This document shows positions 24,093-36,579 of a DNA stretch of 38,617 bases, one piece after another. Each line of letters starts with the position of its first letter. Position 1 is the first letter of the stretch. Source of the DNA: Parasitella parasitica NRRL 2501. Its lineage: Eukaryota; Fungi; Mucoromycota. The position numbers were made by a program, and so were the translations under genes. The notes under the pieces are model-generated. The model was given only the letters and a program-made list of their open reading frames with translations. It ran no database searches and was not told the origin of the DNA. Location: contig MU619404.1 in assembly GCA_025201805.1 (NCBI GenBank), forward strand, positions 13,476 to 52,092, in the 5' to 3' direction.

Positions 24093-24903
24093 ATGACCAA
24101 GACTAGTAAAGATACTGCAGAAGCGAAACGATGGCTGATAGTCGGAGCCTATCAAGCTGGAGCTACTGAGAAGCATATTGCTCGCATTGCTGGACTTTCG
24201 AGAACCGCTGTTCGCAACATTATTCTGAATTATAAGCGAACTGGCAAACCATGCATTCCTAAAAAGATACCAAACAAAGGTAATTTACATTGGTGATTCA
24301 TAAAGCAATATAGCTTATCAGGATTGTATGCTAGTGCGACAAAAGCTGATAGTCGAGTACGATGAGAATGGAAATCTGATTGATTCTGACAATGACGATG
24401 ATGATGAGAACGATCATGAAACAGTAGAGCAAGTACATATACCACAGCGGCCTCATAAGCATATTAATGGCAAGAGATCAATACTCGATAACAAAAAAAG
24501 AGCTGTACAGCATTCATTTAGAAACGGTATAACTACAAAAGACGTCATTAGCTATGCGATAGATCAGATACGAATATCAGCATCAGAAGATCAACAATTA
24601 GCAACAGCTGCAACATCACAGTCTACAATGGCATCCCCAATATCCTTAGCATCATCATTACCAGTAAAATTGTCACCGCCATCAAAGACTGATCAGGATA
24701 TTCGTGGATACGAACTGTGGTCTCATGAGGATGATATGCTTTTATTAAATCATGTGTTATACCACCTTCATGGAGGCGGCTGGGCCGACCTTGAGGTCAA
24801 ATTTGAAGGCAGACATTCAGCACGGCTTTGTTATGACCGATGGAAACATTTAAAGGGTTTATTGATAACCGGTATAACTGATAAGCCAAATACCCCCTGG
24901 TAA
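24093..24903 (+). CDS. Putative DNA-binding protein: N-terminal Tc1/paired-like HTH plus C-terminal Myb/SANT repeat, 2 exons (intron 24280-24334)
   Basis: KRWLIVGAYQAGATEKHIARIAGLSRTAVRNIILNYKRTG resembles transposase N-terminal HTHs. WSHEDDMLLLNHV......GWADLEVKFEGRHSARLCYDRWKHL has the three spaced Trp of a Myb repeat. A GT-AG intron joins the two ORFs in frame. Confidence 0.8.
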
Positions 24904-24962
24904 AGCTTGTTGCGTTTCTCCATAGTCATGATATAGTCTTATAATGCTACATATAAATACTC

Positions 24963-27492
24963 TTATTTTTTCATAATTTTTTGAACATGCTCGACAAATG
25001 TGGGGGCAATTCTCGGGATAATTTCAAGCTGAGGCGGCCGAAGTGTCATTTCATGAGCGACTAGACTGCTGCTGCTACCGCTTGTGATAGATTGCTCGTC
25101 ATCACTGTCGTAGTCAATCTCGGCCATATCATTAAAGACGCCCATCACCTCTTTGTTTTCAGGTAAAAAGTCAAATATCTCTTGAGAGTCCGCTACATCG
25201 GTCGTAGACATTAATTTTTGACGCTTTCGCTCCAAATGTCTTTCCTTGCGGCTGCGGTGGTAGGCGCATAGTTGGTCAATCTCGTTTCTTAACGCAGGAT
25301 ATTCAGACGAAGGGATGCCAGCTTGTGCGACAATTTGATCAAGATCAATCTTGGTGGGAATACCGTTCGACACAAAGCTAAAAAGTTTATCCACATAACC
25401 TAGAAGGTTATCAAATAGTTTAGATTGGTCTTGGGCGTGCACGTTGTGCACAAACTGGTAGAATCTGTCTTCATGGCGCTGAACAAGATCGATAAAAGGC
25501 TGCGCTGTGTTGGTGACATCTTGGACGTCCATTGCATCAATCACTTGGATCAAATCATTTATAAACGTAGCCACATGGCCAATAGTATCACCAATATTTG
25601 CAGCCTTGTAAACTTGGGCTAAAGGTTCGTAAAAGATAGCAAAAAGGTCTTTGATGATTTCTCCAGTGACGCCTTGGAACACAAGAGACATCAACACCTC
25701 TTGCTCTTGTTTTCTAGCATAGAGAACCCAGAGCTTGTATAGGTTTTCAACCAATACACGAGCTTCTATTTTACCAGGTTGGTTAGCAAAAGCAACCTTG
25801 ATGATTTGTTCAGGTGTCAATACAGGCTCAATATTAGAATTCTTCAAAAGTTCAAGAGTCTCTGTGATGGGAGTGGTCTTGCCCAACGTCACACCAGAAG
25901 GCAATTCAGTTTGAACAGCGTTGGCAATCTTTTGGCAAAGAGGAGGATCGCTGATCTTTGCTTCCAGATCCTGGATATCTTTGTTGAGCTCCTTCGATTG
26001 TTCGCTCATGTTTGTTAGCATGATTCTAACGTCTTTACGTGAGATCNNNNNNNNNNNNNNNNNNNNNNNNNAGTACGTAGATATGGTTTACCTTTGGAAA
26101 AGACTTTTACCACCAAAAGGCTGAGCCAAAAACAAATCCAAAACACCTTTTACCATGGAGAAGGGGTTTGATAGTTTCAATATTTGAGCAATGGTACGAT
26201 AAGGCATCAAAGAGTGAGTGCGCTTCAAATTGGCAACATTTTCAACGGACCTATCCGAGGTAACAAATTGGGTATGTAGAACAAAAGCAAAACTACAAAG
26301 CTTGGGCATGAGTTACACGGTTGCGCAAATGCGATGCGCAGACCTCTATTTTAGCCACTTACTTGATCCTACCCCATTCAATAGCGTTACGCAATTCGTG
26401 AGGCAGCTGGTCAATAGTCTCGGTTTTCTTGATTACTTCAAACACTTGCAAAAGGCCATTGGGTTCCATTATTTGCTTTTTAAGCATATTCAACAAACCG
26501 TCCAACTCAACAATTTTCTTATCCACTTCGGCGCGGAAGCGTCTTTCCTCATTGATGCGATTCTCATCCATCTTCAGACGCTCTGCGGCATCTTTTTGTT
26601 CGTCAGCAGACAGCTGGAAAGAGTCGTTCATCAGGAAATCCCTGAAAATGTCACTGTTTGCAACCTCTGTTTCAGCCGACAGACGGCGCAGAAAAGATCT
26701 CAACATAATGCGGTCCTTCTCGCGATGAAGATGCTGCGTCGCACTGTTGGTGTCATGCGCCTTGGATGGGATACTGGGCAGCTCGAGAGTCGGGAAAGCT
26801 TTCTTGAGATCATCACGAAGCTGGCGGAATTGGCCATGACGCCTGGCAACGTACACTGGTGGAACATCACCACCATCGGCCATAACCAAGTATGTTTCAA
26901 TAAGGAATTCCGTGTGTATATGTTGGCGAACGGTGCGCACTTCACTGACATCTCTTGTAGTTACAACATTCAATTTGAGGCCATTGCATCCCAGCCATTC
27001 CAGGCAACTCTCTTCGCTTTCGAGGCTTGTCAATTTGAGCCTGGACACCAGCTTTTCATCATCGTCTTGGCTGACTAGAGGCTCACCACCGGGCAAAAGG
27101 TTAATGCTTTCCTCGTTGCCTTGGACAGTCTTGATGCTAGCACAAAGAGAGATGATAAGCAGTTTTTGCACCTTATACCAGAGCACGCGTCTTTGGGAAT
27201 CTCTTGAACACTTGGGAGCATAGGTGTCCAATTTCAACTTGCTGTATTCATCTAAAAATGTCTGCAGTTTCTCGAAAAATCCCTTTTCATTTCCATCCCT
27301 CAGCAGTGGAAATTCAAGCACGAAATTCTGAGTCAAATACTGCAGAAATGGATAGTCTTTACTGGTTTCTGCAGTAGGCTTTACCAATGACGACAATTCA
27401 GTTGACCTTCTGATGCTGTTGATTTCACCTTCGAGCTGCTGAGAAATAAGCTCTCTTTTGAAATAATGCAATTGCTGAGGATTCAACTCCAT
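24963..27492 (-). CDS. PX-associated + PX + DUF3818 domain protein (YPR097W/Lec1-like), 3 exons; assembly gap at 26047-26071 lies in an intron
   Basis: N-terminal QLHYFKRELI..QL, PX core YVARRHGQFRQLRDDLKKAFPTLELPSIPSK, LHREKDRIMLRSFLRRL, LKRTHSLMPY...GVLDLFLAQPFGGKSLFQR, IIKDLFAIFYEPLAQVYKAANI. Confidence 0.88.
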
Positions 27493-27737
27493 TTTAAATT
27501 TATATGCAATAGATGAAGAAAAAGAGAGAAATGTTGTATTACTGATGTCCGTTTCTTTTTTTTTTTTTTTTTTTTTTTTTATTAAAAACGGAGTTTTTGT
27601 CTATAAGCTTCATATCAAACAAAACGAGATAAATATGTATACCAAAGGCTGATTTTTGTTATGTGGAACCCTTGTTCTTGGCAAACTGGTCAATTCAGAA
27701 TGACGTTTTTTTTTCTTTTTAATTATCACTTTGCCTA

Positions 27738-29442
<1,705 letters not shown>

Positions 29443-29929
29443 TTACCGAGTCACGAACGATGACAAGTGTTGCAAGATGGATACTGGTGACAGCATGCTG
29501 TAGTGTATCCAAATCTATGTTCATCAACATTGGGATTTTTTTTCTATTGGTACGCATAACGACTGCAAGTTTTATACTATAGAGGCATAAAAAGAAAAGC
29601 GAGAGAGATTGGATCTGCATATAAAAACGAAGAGCATGACAATAAAATAGAAGGTTTCTCCTAAAATAGCAACTTTCTGCTTATTTGACAACTTCTGCCT
29701 GAATAAAAATTCGACTTCACCATGCAGGCTACGCTGAGTAATATGAAAAGTGTGCATTTTGAAAAAATGAATCTACAATTCTATATACTATGTAAAGTCA
29801 GTATCCTACTCAGCTAATACACATGAAATCAATAGTAAACTATCTCATAATCCAAATATAAGCATTTAGTAGCGATTAATTAAAGCAAACATCTCAAGCG
29901 AAACAAAAGCTCTTATTGCTGAAATTGGA

Positions 29930-30460
29930 TGACTTTCATTTCAGCCAAAAAATAAAGCTAGATTAACATGATTTTAGATGCCTTGTTTTACAGTATCTTA
30001 TTAGCTAATGATTTATATCGAGACATATTCAAGTTACTTATGAAGTTCGTGTCCTGTTTCTCTATTAAAAAATTAATGTTGCCTCCAGTAATTGTTTTCC
30101 AGCAAGAAGCAGTGATTTCTAACCCAGTACACTGCTGAAACTTGGTCCTGAATAGCTCCAAACATTAATAGATATATAACGTATGTTTACTAAATGTTTT
30201 ATGTTGGACAATTAGTTTACATCAAACCATGTAAATTGAAAGGCTATACCAACTATTTTCTATATTGACGATTTGCAAATTTTGCTTTTGGACCATTTTT
30301 AATACATTTCTGATGAAAACAACCTCTATTTTGAGCAGAGAAACATTATAAAGCCAATCAATCAATCCATCCATATTGATATTTTATTCACAACAGCAGC
30401 TAATTGCTGTCAAAAATTGAAAACTTGTCTTCATTTTTTTTATTTCGAGGGCCAAAAATT
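29930..30460 (+). repeat. Old, diverged partial copy of the ~1.48-kb repeat family
   Basis: By-eye similarity, e.g. GTATGTTTACTAAATGTTTTAT..CATCAAACCATGTAAATTGAAAGGCTATACCAAC versus ~33570-33645 ATATGCGTTCTAAATATTTTAT..CATCCAACCATATAAATTACAAGGTTATACAAAC. Shared GAGGGCCAAAA at 30447. 29940-30050 matches the reverse complement of ~36770-36880. Confidence 0.7.
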
Positions 30461-30564
30461 TCCCCCCCCCGGGGCTACAGGAAAGGAGTAGACCTTTCAA
30501 AAAGATAAAAAATAAACCACTTTTGGTCACCCAAAACGCATCTTTTTTTGGACAAAACAAGTAC

Positions 30565-30952
30565 TGTTGTATCCGTATAAAGGCTGCATATGTCATACCT
30601 GACGTAGTTATAGTACGGATCATGATTTATCTTTATTCAAAGATTGTATCAAGGTCAGATCGCGAGATGTCGGGGAGACATCTTACTTCACATCTTCTCT
30701 TTAATGTAAAATAAAAGAATAGGCCTGTCCTGGAAATGCTGTGATTCAATAATGTTTGACATTTCCTGTCATCAGATATTATTATATGGATAAACATTGA
30801 TTAGGATATAATTTTGTCTAAATAGAGATTGTATCTTATTTCTATAAAAGTCTTCCGTATAGTATCTGGTTTTATTCAAAGAAAGTCTTTTTTACTTCTT
30901 TTCATATAACATTTACACAGCATTTCGCAGCGCTCTTTACACTGGCACAACA
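30565..30952 (+). mobile_element. Solo LTR-like element (family A), 388 bp
   Basis: TGTTGT...ACAACA inverted termini. A second copy at 36208-36528 shares the same 3' end (ACACTGGCACAACA). No PBS follows and there is no clean TSD. Confidence 0.75.
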
Positions 30953-32521
30953 CTGTTCTTTCAATTTTTGACGTTTTCGTTTCGCAGTAAAAATACCTAA
31001 TATTATGAGCAGATACAGACGCATGGAGTCGAACAAAACACGGATATGTAACAATAAAAGCATATAAAACCCAATCAATTCAAAATGATAGATTTAAATA
31101 TTCAATGTATTGGTAAGTTACTGTCCTGATAAGTATCAAAATCATTTGCCATGTTCTCTTTTTTCTTTTTTTTTTTTTTGGTCATTTAAAAATACCCGTT
31201 ACCTTTTTGAAAACACTAAATTTCAAAAAAGCTAGAAGAGCGTATCAAATATAGACAACTGTTGTAAAAGCTAACATCTAAATATGCTTTAGATACTAAA
31301 ATCCAACACATGTAAATTTATTACAAATGGTTAAAAAAGATAGATACGGCATGCTGGTAAAAAGGCAAACCCCTTTTTTTTTCGTTGCGAAATGCTTGAT
31401 TTATCAGAAAAAACTCGATAAAAATCATTGTTGAGATTTGCAAGATCGAAAATAAGAAAAGTATAAAACAAAATGTTGAATTAACGAGATACAAAAACTT
31501 AAAGATACTTTATTTAAGATCGAAATTGCATCTGCTATTTATACTTTTTACAGCTACATAAATTTATGGTGACTTATTTAGATTACTAATTATTGACAAG
31601 ACTAATTCACATTGACAATCTACTTGACAGGGTACGATATGAAGTTATACAGCAAGGGCTACACGTCTTTGACCTGACAGTGCCTTAACCTTTATCCTGG
31701 TGCTCAAGTCTGTGTTACTTACAGGAATAACCTTCTTGATTTGAAACAGAGACTTTTGTGAAATACATTCACTATGATGATCTGCATTCCACTTCTAGAT
31801 TCATCCAATTATCTTAAATTGATATAGACTATATAGGCGCACAGATAATAAAATGTGCAATACAGATTTATACTATATAAGATATAAGCTAGAGATGGCA
31901 CCATTAGGATGGATGACGCTATAGACTGATACTTATATCTCGACACGAGCCTTAGACATTTACTAAATTTAGTATATGCTACGGGCTTGTTATAGATCAG
32001 TATAAACTGATCATCACATAAAAAGAATCTCCGTAAATAGTATCAATATGAACTTCAAATTACCCAGAATATTCCACAAAGATTACAATCGTCAAGACCA
32101 GGCTAGCATGGATTTAAGAATACGTAATCCAATATCAAGAACAAATAGAAACAACTCCAACACTCGTCAAATCCGCCATTGGTTATCTCTTTATCAATCC
32201 TCGCTGCCAAAACGTCCTGGATGAATAATCCAATATAATTTAGCTTCATATCCATAATCATTTACCCTTGGAAAACTAGTATAAAAAGATAGTTTTTAAT
32301 TGACATTTTGATGGGCTTCATCTAAAAAATAAATAACAGTTTTAAAAAGTATTTTTTTTTACATATTTTTTACTAGTAATTTCACAGGGCTTATGCTATA
32401 TAAGATTTATGCTTCAGATGCGTATTCCCAGTTTCTAGATACGCAATACAAGACATATACTTATATCCATGATACTAGCTACAGATACATCATGTACTAC
32501 AGACTTGTACAATATGTGCAA

Positions 32522-32998
32522 TGTTATAGATAGGCTTATGACATGCTATATAGACATGCTACATATACCGATATATGCTAAGATGAATACCAAGTGATAT
32601 ACACTCATACATGTACTATTAATATAGACTGGATAAGACTATACAAGAAATGATATGCGCTTATGGATCGATATTAATAATCTTCGCATAGAAGATTGAT
32701 CAGGGTACCACCTCGGGTAAAGTCTATCTCCTCACTCAAATAGATTTAACTTATTTTGAGTCTGCTGATATGTAGAGTAGCACAAAGTTAAGATGCTTAC
32801 TTACGCAGTATTGTCGTACATTTTAAATTGCGAGAGTAGAACCTTTATCCACAGTTTAAGTATATAAAGGCTCATCTACCTGTCCAGTAGATGAACGGCA
32901 TCTTTATACAACTGTCGATTTGATAATAAAAACCTATACCTTTATCAAGTTGACATTATTGTTTTTTATTATATTTTTTTCCGTGAATCCATATAACA
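32522..32998 (+). mobile_element. Possible solo LTR (family B), ~477 bp
   Basis: TGTTATA...TATAACA inverted termini, TATATAAA at 32861, AATAAA at 32925, then a T-rich stretch. No TSD and single copy in the window. Confidence 0.4.
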
Positions 32999-33124
32999 AA
33001 TTATACCGATTCCACAACTTTATTCTCCAATTTACACAAACGTATCACATCACATCATTGGACAATCTTCAATTTTCAATTGAAGTGCATTGCCATGATC
33101 TCCTGTCTATAATTATGGCAGCTC

Positions 33125-34722
33125 AAAAATCTGAATAATGATCTGAAAAATTTGAAAATTGGGTACGTTGTTATAGAATAGTTCAAATAGTAAATATTCT
33201 GGCTGAAAGTTGTACCTTCATCGCTTAATAGTTTTTTAAAGATAGCAGTAATTGCAAATTATGCATTTAAGCTTTGAAAAGAGTTATATGCTTGATTTGG
33301 TGGTCTGTACTTCATCTAAAAATGAAGATATGAGTTCGTATTATGCAATATCCCAGCTAGCGATTCATATTGAGACATCATACCCAAGTTGTCTATTAGA
33401 GTCGTGCTTTTTTCCTGAAATGAAAATAAGTGGTGCACTCATTTACAAGGAAAAAAATTGGCTATAAATTGAATCCCAGCAGTGTGTGTCCATTTGGCCC
33501 AAACCAGATTCTCAAAAATCTTGCATAGTTCGCTGCTAGATATCTCAAGAAAGTAATAGGTATATCGGATATGCGTTCTAAATATTTTATAACAATATAT
33601 CAATTCTGCATCCAACCATATAAATTACAAGGTTATACAAACACATTTTCTTATTACCAATTTTCAATTTTTCAAGAAACGGCATTTTTGATAGTTTTTG
33701 AGTAAAATCAAGTGCATTTTGAGCACGTTCAACTCTATAAACTTGACTAAACAAACCATCATGTCAATACCTACACATTAATATCTTGTTCGCAACTGTA
33801 GCTCTATTATATCTGCCAAAAATCGAAATCTTGTCTCGACCAAAATGCATCTACAATTTTCCAGTCCTATGTTTAGAGGGCCAAAATGAAGCCATTCAAA
33901 AGGGTAAAAATCAATTCCGTTTTTCGAGATTTTCTCGCTCAGAAATTGGAATTTTTGGACCAAACAAAATCCTTTCCGTAACTATGTTGTAGCTTTATTT
34001 TAGTATTGCTATATCATGTATCTTTATATACCATTTATTACTCTGTAAGTTACGAAAATAAATTAAGCCTCTGCTAAAAACATATGAAAAAATATTTTTT
34101 TCGACATTTCTATCTAAAAACTAATACATCTAGTAGAGAATCAAGTTTCAAACAGATTTTAATAATCACTTAAACCAAAGTGTCATAGTAGTTTTCTGGG
34201 AATTGGGGGAACAAAGTTTAACGTAAAAAGACAAAAATGGCCCAAGCTTGTCAAATTCGAGCTTGAATACAACATGTTTATTACTAGTAGGTGTACTAAA
34301 ACGTGCTTTATTACTTTACTTAGGAGCTTGAGCATAATTTAATTGCAAAATTTTGTACTTGTTATAGGAACATAGGGTGCAAAGTTTGGAAAATTTGCAA
34401 AAATTGGGTTTTGGGAAAATCTCGACAGCAAAGATATATAACGAGAATCGGAAGGCGTAGTGAGGTACAGCTTTTATGCCAGTATTAGCCTGTATTATTT
34501 GTTTGAACCCCATATCCGCACCGAAAAATGAACGTGAAGGTTGAACCAAAGTCCAAAAAAAGTGAAAAATCCAATATGAGGTTTGGGGTTCAAAGATAGC
34601 AAAATCTGAAAAATGGTAAGGGGTCTATGAAACTCGGATAAATTGTAGATTGGTGTAAAACAAGAAGATTATAGTTGAAGGTTGTTTCTCTATCACTTAA
34701 TAATTTATAGATTTCAAAGATT
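33125..34722 (+). repeat. ~1.48-kb repeat unit plus the start of the next tandem unit
   Basis: Colinear with the reverse complement of ~36930-38545. The unit start AAAATCTGAA recurs at 33126 and 34601 (period 1475). Confidence 0.9.
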
Positions 34723-35340
34723 GCAATACAGGTGCAATAAAATTGGGATCAATTTTATGTGAAAATAAAAAAAAATAAAAAAAATAAAGCCAGAGAAATA
34801 CAATTATAGTCTTTCCACCTTTATTTTCGATTAAAAGAAAACTGAAGAAAAGATACATGATCTTTAAGAGAGCTTGTATTTATACTACTTGTAAAATTGC
34901 CTCGCTACAGTGAGAATGCTTATTTTACAGCTTATTTGAAGAATGACTTTTGTTGACATTCTCTCACTTGTATTGTAGTTGAGATTTCGATATGTTGGTA
35001 TTGAAATTGATACTATGGTTTTGGGCAGGATTGTCATATTTGAGGATCCTGATTATTTCTAATGCGACTGAGCTTTCCTTATTGTGTAATAAACAAGCCA
35101 TTTCTGGCATCTAGAATTATTGCAATTGTTTTGACAATTGCATTGTTTATACATGTTTAGAATTTGTTTATTTGTAATTATGAGTAGCGTTGTTCAACAT
35201 TAGCATGTGCCAGGGTTGTAGGAGATTGTACTTTGATCAAGAGTGCAAGCCTCTACCAACACTTGTTAATGTTTACTTGTGCTTTTCATGTATTTCTTTC
35301 TTGGATGGATCAGCCATGATCCATCTGGATTTTATTTTAA

Positions 35341-35665
35341 TGTAATTGTGGTGCTATATAATAGGTGCCATTTCATTACAACATGTTCATGGACAATAGA
35401 TACAATCTATTATTCCACTCTCTAAATCACACCATGTCTCACACTTGTATCTTATCCACCCATCAGTCCACTTAGATTCTATACACTAGTAGTATATAAA
35501 CCATCATTTTTCCATGTAATAAACGAGATCTTTACCTGATTTTAATTCACAACCGTGTTATTTGAATAATTCCTCATTTTGATAAATCCAAAAATACGCA
35601 TTGTTATATTATTGTTCTGAGGCAACCCTCAGAATACAATAATCCCGCCAAAAGAGCGTGTTACA
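35341..35665 (+). mobile_element. Possible solo LTR (family C), ~325 bp
   Basis: TGTAA...TTACA termini, TATATAAA at 35493, AATAAA at 35518, internal hairpin at 35608-35643. No TSD. Confidence 0.4.
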
Positions 35666-36207
35666 AGATCGCCCATAAATAAAATATAAATACTACTACC
35701 CCACTCTGATCATCCACTCCACCTTTTCCATACCACATTAACATCTCAGCTATTTACTANNNNNNNNNNNNNNNNNNNNNNNNNNNNNNNNNNNNNNNNN
35801 NNNNNNNNNNNNNNNNNNNNNNNNNNNNNNNNNNNNNNNNNNNNNNNNNNNNNNNNNNNNNNNNNNNNNNNNNNNNNNNNNNNNNNNNNNNNNNNNNNNN
35901 NNNNNNNNNNNNNNNNNNNNNNNNNNNNNNNNNNNNNNNNNNNNNNNNNNNNNNNNNNNNNNNNNNNNNNNNNNNNNNNNNNNNNNNNNNNNNNNNNNNN
36001 NNNNNNNNNNNNNNNNNNNNNNNNNNNNNNNNNNNNNNNNNNNNNNNNNNNNNNNNNNNNNNNNNNNNNNNNNNNNNNNNNNNNNNNNNNNNNNNNNNNN
36101 NNNNNNNNNNNNNNNNNNNNNNNNNNNNNNNNNNNNNNNNNNNNNNNNNNNNNNNNNNNNNNNNNNNNNNNNNNNNNNNNNNNNNNNNNNNNNNNNNNNN
36201 NNNNNNC

Positions 36208-36528
36208 AGGCTTATTCAAAGAATACATCTAGATCAGATCGCGGGATGTCGGGAAGACATCCTACCCAATCTTCTCTTTAATGTAAAATAGAAAGATAGG
36301 TCTGTCCTGGAAATGCTGTGATTTAATAAGGTTTGACACTTCTTGTCAAACATCAGATGTTATGTGGATAAACATTGATTGGGATATATTTTAGTATAAA
36401 TAGAGATCATATCTTATGTCAATAAAAGTCTTCAGTTTTGTATCTGGTTTTATTCAGAAAGTCTTTATTACTTTATACAAATCTTATTTACATAACATTA
36501 CGCTGCGCCCTTTGACACTGGCACAACA
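36208..36528 (+). mobile_element. LTR-like element (family A), 5' end hidden in assembly gap 35760-36207
   Basis: Direct repeat of 30628-30952 (shared TCTTCTCTTTAATGTAAAATA, CTGTCCTGGAAATGCTGTGAT, GTATCTGGTTTTATTCA). TATAAA at 36395, AATAAA at 36421, ends ACAACA. Confidence 0.75.
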
Positions 36529-36579
36529 AATAATTCGCTTATATTATACTTTCACTACAAATACTAACGTTAATAATAG

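Noticed and set aside
26218-27078. 286-aa + strand ORF
   Set aside because: Antisense to the well-supported PX gene and has no recognisable motif.
32048-32224. 58-codon ORF MNFKLPRIFHKDY...KRPG
   Set aside because: Short, no motif, no splice support, and lies in repeat-rich DNA.
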